Source: an uncultured Oscillospiraceae bacterium
GTDB taxonomy: Bacteria; Bacillota; Clostridia; Christensenellales; CAG-138
Assembly (NCBI GenBank): GCA_964541695.1
Contig: CAZIRB010000007.1
Coordinates: 2,419 to 50,733 of the forward strand
Direction of reading: 5' to 3'
Length of the DNA stretch: 48,315 nt
Shown here: positions 8,872-17,712 of the stretch, piece after piece
How positions within the stretch are numbered: position 1 is the stretch's first letter
Layout: each line of letters opens with the position of its first letter
Position numbers and translations under genes: made by a program
Notes under the pieces: model-generated
The model's input: only the letters and a program-made list of their open reading frames with translations
What the model was told of the DNA's origin: nothing
Databases searched by the model: none

Positions 8872-8919
8872 TGGCTGACTCTCCTAAACCCGTATTTTGG
8901 CTCATGCGCTTTGATTTCC

Positions 8920-8948
8920 ATTATATCCTTGTTGTTTGCCCAATTCAA
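8920..8948 (-). promoter_or_regulatory. Candidate serC-serA promoter
   Basis: Minus strand TTGAAT (plus 8943-8948), 17-nt spacer, TATAAT (plus 8920-8925). AGGAGAG SD before the ATG. Confidence 0.55.
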
Positions 8949-9063
8949 CAGCGCGGCATGCATTTTTCGCCGAATTCCAAAATATATTCATGCCCGAAGA
9001 AATATTTTTAGCCTCAATAGGCCCTGCAAACCCGATGTAAATGAAATACAATCGTGAAAAATC

Positions 9064-9091
9064 TTGCATTGTCCGTCCCGAATGATAAAAT
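9064..9091 (+). promoter_or_regulatory. Candidate hppA promoter
   Basis: TTGCAT (9064-9069), 16-nt spacer, TGA-TAAAAT extended -10 (TAAAAT 9086-9091). Confidence 0.5.
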
Positions 9092-9153
9092 ATAGTTACG
9101 CGCGTTTGACAAACCTGTGTCGGACGCAGCTTTTCTCAAGTTGGAGGATGATT

Positions 9154-11244
9154 ATGCAACCAACGCTTTCGGCATTCTACGGTCTGTCATTTCTCGTCGT
9201 GCTGCTGGCATTTCTCTTCGCGTTCTATCTGTATCTCTGGGTCAAGAAGCAGCCTGCCGGCAACGAGAAGATCGAGCGCATCTCCGCGCTGATCAAGAGC
9301 GGCGCAAACGCGTTTTTGCGCCGGGAGTACCAGGTTCTGGCCAGGTTCGCATCGATTGCCGCCCTGGTGATCCTCGTGCTGCTGCCAAGCCCGATCTGGA
9401 AGAGCAACCCGCTTGAAAACGTCGTGATGGCCGTCGCCTACCTGTGCGGCACGATCTTCTCGGCGCTCGCGGGCAAAATCGGCATCGTCGTGGCCACGAT
9501 CGCCAACGGCCGCTCCGCGGAGGGCGCGCGCCACGGCATCCGCCCCTCGTTCTTGACCGGTTTCCGCGGCGGCTCGGTCATGGGCCTCGCCGTCGTCGGC
9601 GCGAGCCTGCTCGGCGTCGCCGCCGTGCTCGCCGTCACGAAGAACACGACCGCGCTGCTCGGCTTCTCGTTCGGCGCAAGCTCGCTCGCTCTGTTTGCCA
9701 AGGCCGGCGGCGGCATCTTCACAAAGACCGCCGACATCTCCGCGGACCTGGTCGGCAAGGTTGAGCTCGGCATTCCCGAGGACGACCCCAGAAACCCCGC
9801 CGTCATCGCGGACAACGTCGGCGACAACGTCGGCGACGTCGCCGGCATGGGCGCGGACCTGTTCGATTCCAACGTCGCCTCGATGGCCGCCGCGCTCGTC
9901 ATGGCCGCGGGCCTCGACCGCATCGGCGGGCACGCGTTCAACACGATGATGGTGTTCTGCTACGCCGCGCTCGGCCTGCTCTCGTCCATCATCGGCATCG
10001 CGACCGCGCGCATCGGCAAGGACGGCAACCCCACGCGCGCGCTCAACGCCTCGACCTACGTCACCACCGCCGTGTTCCTCGCGCTCACCGCGGGCGCGAC
10101 GGCGCTGTTTGCCGGCTTCCAGTGGCGCATCTGGGCGGCCTCCGCGGTCGGCCTGCTCGTCGGCGTCATCATTGGCCTTGCCACCGACTACTTCACCGAC
10201 GACTCGAAGCCCATCGTCAAGAACGTCGCCCGCGCCTCCAAGTCCGGCCCGGCGTTCACAATCCTCTCCGGCTTCTCGTACGGCCTGCTCTCGGCGCTGC
10301 CCGCGATGATCGGCATCGCGACCTCGGCGCTATTGGCCTATAAGATCTGCGCGCCGCTCGGCGACGGCTACGCGATGTTCGGCATCTCGATGGCCGCCGT
10401 CGGCATGCTCTCGATCGTCGGCATGATCATCTCGAACGACGCGTACGGCCCCATCGTCGACAACGCGCGCGGCCTCGTCGAGATGGGCGACCTCGGCGAA
10501 AAAGCGCTCGAGATCACCGACTCGCTCGACAGCGCCGGCAACACCGTCAAGGCCGTCACGAAGGGCTTTGCCATCGGCGCGGCGGGCCTGACCGTCATCA
10601 GCCTGCTCGGCGCGTACATGAGCGAGGTCAACGACGCGGCCGTCGCCCTCGGCAAGCCGCTGCTCACGGGCTTTGACATCATGAACCCGACCGTGTTCTT
10701 CGGCATACTGATCGGCGCCGCGATTCCCGCCGTGTTCTCCGCTATGCTGATGCTCGGCGTCGACCGCAACGCGCAGCGCATGGTCGCCGAGATCCACAGG
10801 CAGTTCCGCGAGATCCTCGGCCTCGCCGAAGGCAAGCCGGGCGTCGAGCCGGAGTACGACAAGTGCATCCACATCGCCACGGACGGCGCGCTGCGCGAGC
10901 TGATCCCGGCCGGCCTTGTGGCGATCGTCTCCACACTCGCCGTGGGCTTTATCGGCGGCGTCGACGCCATCGGCGGCTTCTTGCTCGGTAACATCGTCAG
11001 CGGCCTGCTGCTCGCGTTGTTTATGAGCAACGCCGGCGGCCTCTGGGACAACTCCAAGAAGTACGTCGAGGCCGGCAACGAGGGCGGCAAGGGCTCCGAT
11101 ACGCATAAGGCCGCCGTCGTCGGCGACACCGTCGGCGATCCGTTCAAGGACACCGCGGGCCCGTCGATCAATACGCAGATCACCGTCGTCTCGCTCGTGG
11201 CGTCCCTGATGAGCACGCTGTTCCTCACCTGGTCGCTGTTCTAA
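9154..11244 (+). CDS. hppA: Membrane-integral proton-translocating pyrophosphatase, K+-independent-type signature
   Basis: Motifs GGGIFTKTADISADLVGKVE, DNVGDNVGDVAGMGADLF, DTVGDPFKDTAGPS. GNTVKAVTKG carries the Lys/Thr pair associated with K+-independent enzymes. I start at ATG 9154 (GGAGG 7 nt upstream) rather than the ORF-track start at 9064. Confidence 0.93.
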   Translation: MQPTLSAFYGLSFLVVLLAFLFAFYLYLWVKKQPAGNEKIERISALIKSGANAFLRREYQVLARFASIAALVILVLLPSPIWKSNPLENVVMAVAYLCGTIFSALAGKIGIVVATIANGRSAEGARHGIRPSFLTGFRGGSVMGLAVVGASLLGVAAVLAVTKNTTALLGFSFGASSLALFAKAGGGIFTKTADISADLVGKVELGIPEDDPRNPAVIADNVGDNVGDVAGMGADLFDSNVASMAAALVMAAGLDRIGGHAFNTMMVFCYAALGLLSSIIGIATARIGKDGNPTRALNASTYVTTAVFLALTAGATALFAGFQWRIWAASAVGLLVGVIIGLATDYFTDDSKPIVKNVARASKSGPAFTILSGFSYGLLSALPAMIGIATSALLAYKICAPLGDGYAMFGISMAAVGMLSIVGMIISNDAYGPIVDNARGLVEMGDLGEKALEITDSLDSAGNTVKAVTKGFAIGAAGLTVISLLGAYMSEVNDAAVALGKPLLTGFDIMNPTVFFGILIGAAIPAVFSAMLMLGVDRNAQRMVAEIHRQFREILGLAEGKPGVEPEYDKCIHIATDGALRELIPAGLVAIVSTLAVGFIGGVDAIGGFLLGNIVSGLLLALFMSNAGGLWDNSKKYVEAGNEGGKGSDTHKAAVVGDTVGDPFKDTAGPSINTQITVVSLVASLMSTLFLTWSLF

Positions 11245-11268
11245 CCGGCCGGGATACGGAATATACAC

Positions 11269-11310
11269 GAGGCCCCGCGCGGTAACGCGCGGGGCCTCGA
11301 TTTTGGTTTT
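11269..11310 (+). terminator. Rho-independent terminator after hppA
   Basis: GAGGCCCCGCGCG-GTAA-CGCGCGGGGCCTC (13-bp stem) followed by GATTTTGGTTTT. Confidence 0.85.
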
Positions 11311-11341
11311 GGGGAGAGAGATACGAGGAACAAAAGAACGA

Positions 11342-11640
11342 TGAGGGCTCCGCCCTCATACTCCCTTTGCGGGGACGCTGTCCCCGCGCCCCTGCCAAAG
11401 GGACACGTCCCTTTGGAAACCCGAGCGGATCCTCAAGCCCTCCTGCGGGTTCCAAGGGGCCGAAGCTGAGCACCGCCTGTGGCGGATGAAGCGAAGCGTA
11501 GGCCCAGTGAACAAAGAGGAGCACACGCCTAAAAAGGCGTGTGCTCCTATTGCGAACTGCGGGCTGCTCAGACCCTTGGCGGGGTGCAGGGGCGGAGCCC
11601 CTGCAAAAAAACGCCGGAGCCTCCAACGTTTCCCCCCGTC
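11342..11640. repeat. Mosaic structured repeat, locus A (Y-type hairpin module, then X module, then extra hairpin and C-rich tail)
   Basis: Shares long near-identical stretches with 32715-32952 and 37150-37600, for example CCGCCTGTGGCGGATGAAGCGAAGCG and CCAAAGGGACACGTCCCTTTGGAA. Lies between the convergent hppA and acyltransferase genes. Confidence 0.85.
11468..11563 (+). ncRNA. Candidate structured RNA / repeat module X, copy A
   Basis: Conserved flanks GAGCACCGCCTGTGGCGGATGAAGCGAAGC ... ATTGCGAACTGCGGG enclose a perfect 12-bp hairpin GGAGCACACGCC-TAAAAA-GGCGTGTGCTCC. Transcription not shown. Confidence 0.3.
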
Positions 11641-11646
11641 TCCCCT

Positions 11647-12699
11647 TCAGCTCAAATACTTCCTCGCAAACGGAACCTTCCGGAACACGACCGCCGCCGC
11701 GTAGCTGAGCAAAAACACGACGACCGCGATGATCGGGACCGAAAACAGCGCGTTGAACAGACGGGAATTGAACCCGACGGCGATGAAGAACTCGTTGATC
11801 AGCGCGTGTATGAGGTACATGGCGAAGCTGTGCTCCGACACGTGCAGAATCCGCCGCTCGCGCCGCTCGGAGAGACGCCACCTCGACACGCGCTGCTTAA
11901 AGAACACGAACAGCGCGGCGCAGACCGCGAGCTGGTTGAGCGTCATAAAGCTCTCGAACCCGTAGTACGGCGCGTTTTGCCGCAGCGACACGAGCGACGA
12001 ACCGATCACCGTCAAGAGCGCGCCGAGAAGGCCGATACCATAGGCGGCGGCCTCGAAACGCGCGCTGATCTCGCGCTTGTACAGATAGAAGCCGAGCACG
12101 TAATAGCCGGAGAAGCCGAGCACATAGTCGCACGCGATCGAGGTGACCGGCTGCAAAATGCGGTCCGCGCCGGGAATGAGCCGCACCGTGGGCAGCGCGA
12201 ACGCGAAGGCAACGCTGAGCAGCAGAAAATACCGCGTAAGCGCGTCGTCGCGCGTCACAAGGCGCAGAAGCGGCGTGGCAAGATACAGTCCCGCGATCAT
12301 GTACAGAAACCACAGGTGCGCCCTTGGACCGACAAAGTCGAGCACGTACGCGAAAAAGACCTGCGCCGTAAACCCCTCGGCCGTCATGCGCCAGACGGCG
12401 CGGACAACGCCGTAGAGCAGCGTCCAGAACACGAGCGAGAGGAGTATCCGCGTCAGGTTCTTTTTCAGGACGGACTGGAGCGTCACGTTCCGCGCGGGGT
12501 CGAGCATGAACACGCCCGAGACCATCACGACCACGGGCACGCAGTAGCGCAGAAGCTCGTTGTACGCGTTGAGCACGAGGAAGCGGTACGTCGCGACCGG
12601 CTCGTAGAACCAGAACGCGACCGCGACGTGCACGACCATCATGCTGAATATGCCGAATATCCGAAGCTGGTCCAGCCAGACGATACGCTTGGCTTCCAT
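11647..12699 (-). CDS. Acyltransferase family 3 integral membrane protein
   Basis: 350 aa, about 10 hydrophobic helices. N-terminal WLDQLRIFGIFSMMVVH is typical of acyltransferase_3. Lies 9 nt after the upstream permease gene. Confidence 0.8.
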   Translation of the reverse strand: MEAKRIVWLDQLRIFGIFSMMVVHVAVAFWFYEPVATYRFLVLNAYNELLRYCVPVVVMVSGVFMLDPARNVTLQSVLKKNLTRILLSLVFWTLLYGVVRAVWRMTAEGFTAQVFFAYVLDFVGPRAHLWFLYMIAGLYLATPLLRLVTRDDALTRYFLLLSVAFAFALPTVRLIPGADRILQPVTSIACDYVLGFSGYYVLGFYLYKREISARFEAAAYGIGLLGALLTVIGSSLVSLRQNAPYYGFESFMTLNQLAVCAALFVFFKQRVSRWRLSERRERRILHVSEHSFAMYLIHALINEFFIAVGFNSRLFNALFSVPIIAVVVFLLSYAAAVVFRKVPFARKYLS

Positions 12700-12708
12700 A
12701 GCGGCCGG

Positions 12709-13710
12709 CTAGCGTTCCTCTCGGAAGTAGTTGAGCCCGCAGCTCTTGGGCTGCGCGTGCTCGCGCGACTGGCGCACGCTCGTCACGATCAGCACGAGTA
12801 TCGTCACGACGTACGGCAGCATGACCAGGAACGCCTCATACGCGCCGGGCAGCGACCTGAACTTGAAGTGCAGGTACAGCCGCAGCAGCGCGCCGAACAG
12901 GAACGAGCCCCATATCGCCTTCTTCGGGTTCCAGGTCGAGAAGATGACGAGCGCGACCGCGAGCCAGCCCTGGCCGCTAATGATGTCGTACTCCCACTTG
13001 CCGCCGACGCTCATGATAATGTATAAGCCGCCGAGGCCCACGAGCCCGCCGCCGACGCAGGCGGCAATGTACCGGTACTTCGGCACGCTGATGCCCATCG
13101 CGTCCGCGGTGGCGGGGTTCTCGCCGACGGCGCGGAGGTTGAGTCCCGTGCGCGTGCGGTTGAAGAAGAACGCCAATAAAAACGCCGACGCAACCGCCGC
13201 GACCAGCAGCGGGTTGATGCCGCTGATCAGCTTGTCCCAGTAGCCCGCGAGCGAAATCTCGCTGCCGGTCGGGATCGCCAGCGCGCTGCTGAAGTCCGCG
13301 TAGATCTTCATGACATGGTCGTCGAGCACCGCGATCGTATTATATTCCTTGGCCGCGTTGTTGATCAGGGCGCCGAACATGTTGCAGATGCCGGTGCCGA
13401 ATATCGTCAGCGTCAGGCCCGTCACGTTCTGGTCCGCCTTCAATGTGACCGTCAAAAACGCGTAGATCAACGCGCCGAGCGCGCCGGAGAGGAACGCGCA
13501 GAGGATCGTCAGCGCGATGCTGCCCGTGTAATAGCCGCACGCAAAGCCCGCGATCGCGCCCATGTACATCATGCCCTCGACGCCGAGGTTTAAGCTGCCG
13601 GACTTCTCGGTCAGAATCTCGCCGAGCGTGCCGAACAGCAGCGGCGCGCCCGCCTTGACCGCCGCGGCGATCAGCGCCGTCAATGTAAACAGTACGGGTA
13701 TGTCGTTCAT
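12709..13710 (-). CDS. ABC transporter permease (nucleoside/BMP-type, RnsD/YufQ-like)
   Basis: 333 aa polytopic protein. Its start overlaps the stop of the upstream permease gene by 4 nt. Confidence 0.85.
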   Translation of the reverse strand: MNDIPVLFTLTALIAAAVKAGAPLLFGTLGEILTEKSGSLNLGVEGMMYMGAIAGFACGYYTGSIALTILCAFLSGALGALIYAFLTVTLKADQNVTGLTLTIFGTGICNMFGALINNAAKEYNTIAVLDDHVMKIYADFSSALAIPTGSEISLAGYWDKLISGINPLLVAAVASAFLLAFFFNRTRTGLNLRAVGENPATADAMGISVPKYRYIAACVGGGLVGLGGLYIIMSVGGKWEYDIISGQGWLAVALVIFSTWNPKKAIWGSFLFGALLRLYLHFKFRSLPGAYEAFLVMLPYVVTILVLIVTSVRQSREHAQPKSCGLNYFREER

Positions 13711-14837
13711 TGCGCGGCCTCCTTCCCCGCAGCCCTTGCGCCGCGTTTCCAGTGGAGCTGATAGTTGATGAAGAACTCGCAGCCGAGCACGAAGAACAGG
13801 ATAATGCCCATGATGACCATCGCGCTGGCCGACGGGATGTTCAGGCCGCCAACGCGCAGGTCGCTCGCGCTCGACACGCTCTCGCAGCCTTTCTCAAGCG
13901 CCGAGAACAGGAAGGCCACGACGAGCGAGGTAAGCGGATTCAGCTTGCTCAGCCACGCGATCGTGATCGCAGTAAAGCCGATCGAGCCTGCGACGGACTC
14001 GTTGAGCTTGTAGTCCGCGCCCGCGATCTTGAGCATGCCCGCGATGCCGGCCAGCGCGCCCGAGATCAGCATCGTGCGGATAAACACGAGCTTGACGTTC
14101 ATGCCCGCGTAGCGCGCGGTGTTGTTGCTCTCGCCCACGACCGCGATCTCGTAGCCCTGCTTGGAGTAGTACAGATAGAAATAAGCAAGCAGCACGAGAA
14201 CGACCGCGACGATCCAGCCCGAGTAGACGCCGAGCACGTCGGAGAGCCGCGCCGCCTTGTCGAACATCGGCGTCTGGCCGAAGCTCTTCATCTTCGGGTC
14301 CTCCCAGGGTCCGCGGCGCAGGAACTGGATGATGTAGACGGAGACATAGTTCATCATCAGCGTAAACAGCGTCTCGTTCGTACCCCATTTGGCCTTGGCA
14401 AGCGCCGGAATCACGCCCCAGACGCCGCCCATGACCGCGCCGGCGACGAACATGATGACGATGAGCGGCGTGTGCGGAATTTTATCGGCGAAATGATACG
14501 CAAAGTACGCCGCGGCGACCGCGCCCATGGCGATCTGGCCGTTCGCGCCGATGTTCCAAAAGCGCATCTTGAACGCCAGTATGATGGCCAGCGCGCTGAT
14601 TAAAAGCGGGATCGTGCGCTCGATCGTGATGATGAGCGCCTTGTTCGTGCCGAGCGAGCCTAAAAATATCTGTTTAAACACCGCGACCGGGCTGTACCCG
14701 ATGGCGGCGACCATCAGGCCGCTGACCAGCATCGCGCCGATAACGGCGAGCACGCGGATGAGCAGCGCCTTGGCAAACGGGATCGTGTCCCGCTTGCTGA
14801 CGCGGATTCTGGATTCGCGATGGATGGCTGCCTTCAT
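13707..14837 (-). CDS. ABC transporter permease (nucleoside/BMP-type, RnsC/YufP-like)
   Basis: I start at MKAAIHRESRIRV (ATG 14835-14837), which forms an ATGA overlap with the ATPase stop. The Arg/Gly-rich extension in the ORF track is rejected. Confidence 0.85.
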   Translation of the reverse strand: MKAAIHRESRIRVSKRDTIPFAKALLIRVLAVIGAMLVSGLMVAAIGYSPVAVFKQIFLGSLGTNKALIITIERTIPLLISALAIILAFKMRFWNIGANGQIAMGAVAAAYFAYHFADKIPHTPLIVIMFVAGAVMGGVWGVIPALAKAKWGTNETLFTLMMNYVSVYIIQFLRRGPWEDPKMKSFGQTPMFDKAARLSDVLGVYSGWIVAVVLVLLAYFYLYYSKQGYEIAVVGESNNTARYAGMNVKLVFIRTMLISGALAGIAGMLKIAGADYKLNESVAGSIGFTAITIAWLSKLNPLTSLVVAFLFSALEKGCESVSSASDLRVGGLNIPSASAMVIMGIILFFVLGCEFFINYQLHWKRGARAAGKEAAQ

Positions 14838-16387
14838 GCGCGGTTCACCTCCCCGCCGTCCGTTTTTTCGGGCACATGCATCATCAGAAGTCCAATGTCC
14901 TCCTTGCGGACCTTGCGCGGATCGACGACGCCCGAGAGCTCGCCGCCGCAAAGCACCGCGATGCGGTCCGAGATCTCCATCAGCACGTCGAGGTCCTCGC
15001 CCACGAACACCACGGCCGCGCCGCGCTTTTTCTGCTCGTTGAGCAGGTCGTAGATCTTATACGACGAGTTGATGTCCAGCCCGCGCACCGGGTACGACAC
15101 CATCAGAAGCTTCGGGCTGCACTGGATCTCGCGGCCGAGCAGCACCTTCTGCACGTTGCCGCCGGAGAGCCGGCGCACCGGCGTGGACGTGCCGGGCGTG
15201 ACGATCTCGAGGTCTTGTATCATCTTGTCGCAGAGCTTCTTGGGCGTTTTACGGTCCGCAAACGGGCCGGGCGTATTCTTGTAGCTTCTCAGCATCACGT
15301 TGTCCACCATGTCCATCGAGGCCACAAGCCCCATGCCGAGCCGGTCCTCCGGCACGAACGCAAGCGAGATGCCCTTCTCGAATATCTCGTCGGGCTTGCA
15401 GTTTGACACGTCCTCCATGCGGCCGCCGTCCGAAAACAGCACCTTGCCGGACTTGATCGGGTACAGGCCCGCGACCGCCTCGCACAGCTCCTTCTGGCCG
15501 CTGCCCGCCACGCCCGCGATGCCGAGTATCTCGCCGCTGTTGGCCGAGAGCGACACGCTTTTGAGCAGCTCGACGCCCTCCGCGCTGCGGCAGGTCAGCT
15601 CCTCGAGCCGCAGCACCTCGTGCGGGTCGATGGGCTCGGGCCGCTCGATCTCGAGCTTGATGCTGCGCCCAACCATGCCGTCCGTCAGCGACTGGACCGA
15701 GGCGGACGCCGTCTCGATCGTGTCGATGTATTCCCCTTTGCGCAGGATCGTCACGCGGTCGGAGATGGCGAGCACCTCGTTGAGTTTGTGCGTGATGATG
15801 ATGATCGCCTTGCCGTCGCGCTTCATGGCGCGCAGCACGTTGAACAGCTTGTCCGTCTCCTGCGGCGTGAGCACCGCCGTCGGCTCGTCGAGCACGAGGA
15901 TATTCGCTCCGCGGAACAGCACCTTGACGATCTCCACGGTCTGCTTCTCGGACACGGACATGTTGTAAATTTTCTTGTTCGGATCGATATCGAAGCCGTA
16001 CCGCGCGCTGATGGCGCGGATCTCGTCGGCCAGCTTCCTTCGATTGATCGTGACCTCCCCGGGGAGGCCGAGCACGATGTTGTCCGCGGCCGTCAGCACG
16101 TCCACGAGCTTGAAATGCTGGTGGATCATGCCGATGCCGAGGTTGAACGCGTCCTTCGGCGAATGGATGTTCACCTTCTCGCCGTCCACAAAAATCTCGC
16201 CCTCGTCCGGCTTGTAGATGCCGGAGAGGATGTTCATCAGCGTGGTTTTGCCGCTGCCGTTCTCGCCGAGCAGCGCAAGGATCTCTCCCCACTTCAGATC
16301 GAGGCATACATGGTCGTTCGCCACGACGGACCCGAAGGTCTTCGTGCAGTCGACCATCTGAATCGCCAGCGCTTTATGCTCTTCCAT
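14834..16387 (-). CDS. ABC transporter ATP-binding protein with duplicated ATPase domains (sugar/nucleoside type)
   Basis: Two Walker A motifs (GENGSGKTT, GVAGSGQKE) and two LSGG signature regions. Start at MEEHKAL, with AGGTGG 7 nt upstream. Confidence 0.92.
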   Translation of the reverse strand: MEEHKALAIQMVDCTKTFGSVVANDHVCLDLKWGEILALLGENGSGKTTLMNILSGIYKPDEGEIFVDGEKVNIHSPKDAFNLGIGMIHQHFKLVDVLTAADNIVLGLPGEVTINRRKLADEIRAISARYGFDIDPNKKIYNMSVSEKQTVEIVKVLFRGANILVLDEPTAVLTPQETDKLFNVLRAMKRDGKAIIIITHKLNEVLAISDRVTILRKGEYIDTIETASASVQSLTDGMVGRSIKLEIERPEPIDPHEVLRLEELTCRSAEGVELLKSVSLSANSGEILGIAGVAGSGQKELCEAVAGLYPIKSGKVLFSDGGRMEDVSNCKPDEIFEKGISLAFVPEDRLGMGLVASMDMVDNVMLRSYKNTPGPFADRKTPKKLCDKMIQDLEIVTPGTSTPVRRLSGGNVQKVLLGREIQCSPKLLMVSYPVRGLDINSSYKIYDLLNEQKKRGAAVVFVGEDLDVLMEISDRIAVLCGGELSGVVDPRKVRKEDIGLLMMHVPEKTDGGEVNRA

Positions 16388-16475
16388 CCCTGTCCACCTG
16401 CCTGTTCGGTTTATCAAAAGCGGGGCGGCCCGACGGGCCGCCCCGCATGGTCATGTGCCTGCGGTTATCGCTTTC

Positions 16476-17648
16476 TTAGGAGACGGTGATGCCCTTGACG
16501 AGCCACGCCTCGCTGTCCATGCCGGAATAGATGAAGTCGTCGGTGAACGTGGAGCCCGCGACCTGCTCGCCGCTGGCCAGCGTCACGCCGTCCTGGAACA
16601 CGTCCCAGGTCTTATCGAGGAACTTCTGCTTCACTTCGTCGACCTTGGCCTGCGTGCCTTCCGCGCAGTTTGCCGTCAGCGGCGAAAGGTCGCAGGTGCC
16701 GTCGATCATGTCGCCGTAGGTCAGCTTGCCCTCGAAGGTGCCGTCGATGACGCTCTGCGTGATCTTGGTCATGACGCCGCCCCAGTTCCAGATAGGCGCG
16801 CAGAGGTGCGCGTTCGGCGCGGCCTCGGTCATGTCGGCGTTGTAGCCGCAGCCCCAGGCGCCGCGCGCTTCGGCGGCGACCTGCGGACCGGTGGTGTCGA
16901 CGTGCTGCGCGATGATGTCGCAGCCCATGTCGAGCAGCGCGTTGGCGGCGGCCGCCTCGGTGGTCGGGTCATACCAGCTGTTCGTGTACTTGACGAAGAC
17001 TTGCGCGTCCGGGCAGACGCTCTGCACGCCCAGCGTGAACGCGTTGAGGCCCTGGTTGACTTCGGCGTTCGAGAACGCGCCGACGTAGCCGATCTTCTTG
17101 GACTGGGTCTTCAGGCCCGCCGCGATGCCGGCCAGGTAGCGCGGCTGATAGATGCGGCCGAAGTAGTTGCACATGTTGGTGCCGTTGTTGATCGGGCCCG
17201 TCGCATGCGCGAAGAAGACCTCCGGATGCGCTTCCGCGGCTTCCGCCATGTAGGTGCCAAAGCCGAAGCTGTTGGCAAAGATCAGCTGGCAGCCGGCCTC
17301 GATCAGCTCGTTGATGGCGTCGGCGCAGGCGCTGTCCTCCGGGATGTTCTCCTTCATGATGATCTGGTCGTCGCTCAGGCCGAGATTCTGCTTGGTCACC
17401 TCGAGGCCGTGGGCATGCGCATAGTTATAACCCATGTCGCTCGAGTCGCCGATCAGAATGATGCCGATCTTGAGATCTTCCTTCGCAATGCCGGCCGCGG
17501 GCGCTTCGGGCTCTGCGGCGGCGGGCGCTTCGGTCGCTTCTGCCGCGGGCGCTTCGGTCGCTTCCGCCGCCGGCGCGGGCGCCGCGGTGCAGGCCGTCAA
17601 GCCGATCACCATGGCCAGACAAATAGCGAGCGCAAGAAGTTTCTTCAT
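16476..17648 (-). CDS. BMP family (PnrA/Med-like) ABC substrate-binding lipoprotein
   Basis: Signal peptide with lipobox LTAC, then an Ala/Pro/Glu linker containing a 24-nt tandem duplication, then the BMP fold (GYNYAH..., FVKYTNSWYDP). Confidence 0.9.
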   Translation of the reverse strand: MKKLLALAICLAMVIGLTACTAAPAPAAEATEAPAAEATEAPAAAEPEAPAAGIAKEDLKIGIILIGDSSDMGYNYAHAHGLEVTKQNLGLSDDQIIMKENIPEDSACADAINELIEAGCQLIFANSFGFGTYMAEAAEAHPEVFFAHATGPINNGTNMCNYFGRIYQPRYLAGIAAGLKTQSKKIGYVGAFSNAEVNQGLNAFTLGVQSVCPDAQVFVKYTNSWYDPTTEAAAANALLDMGCDIIAQHVDTTGPQVAAEARGAWGCGYNADMTEAAPNAHLCAPIWNWGGVMTKITQSVIDGTFEGKLTYGDMIDGTCDLSPLTANCAEGTQAKVDEVKQKFLDKTWDVFQDGVTLASGEQVAGSTFTDDFIYSGMDSEAWLVKGITVS

Positions 17649-17712
17649 GTGATGTCTTTCCTCCTGATATTTTCTTTATTGCATCGCCGGAAAACCGGCG
17701 CCACAACCGGGG

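Noticed and set aside
9064-9153. N-terminal extensions in the ORF track: hppA 9064, xdh-like 23450, PFOR 36698, amidohydrolase 39536, ecfA1 39503, ecfA2 40297, ecfT 41117, VTC 46562, ABC permease 14951, ABC ATPase 16417.
   Set aside because: In each case an internal start with a canonical SD at 5-9 nt reproduces the family-typical N-terminus, while the extension is low complexity or overlaps the upstream gene or promoter.
17521-17568. 24-nt tandem duplication (GCGGGCGCTTCGGTCGCTTC[TC]GCC x2) inside the BMP lipoprotein gene.
   Set aside because: It is in frame and encodes a duplicated AAEATEAP unit in the flexible Ala/Pro/Glu linker after the lipobox. This is ordinary linker-length variation, not a separate feature.
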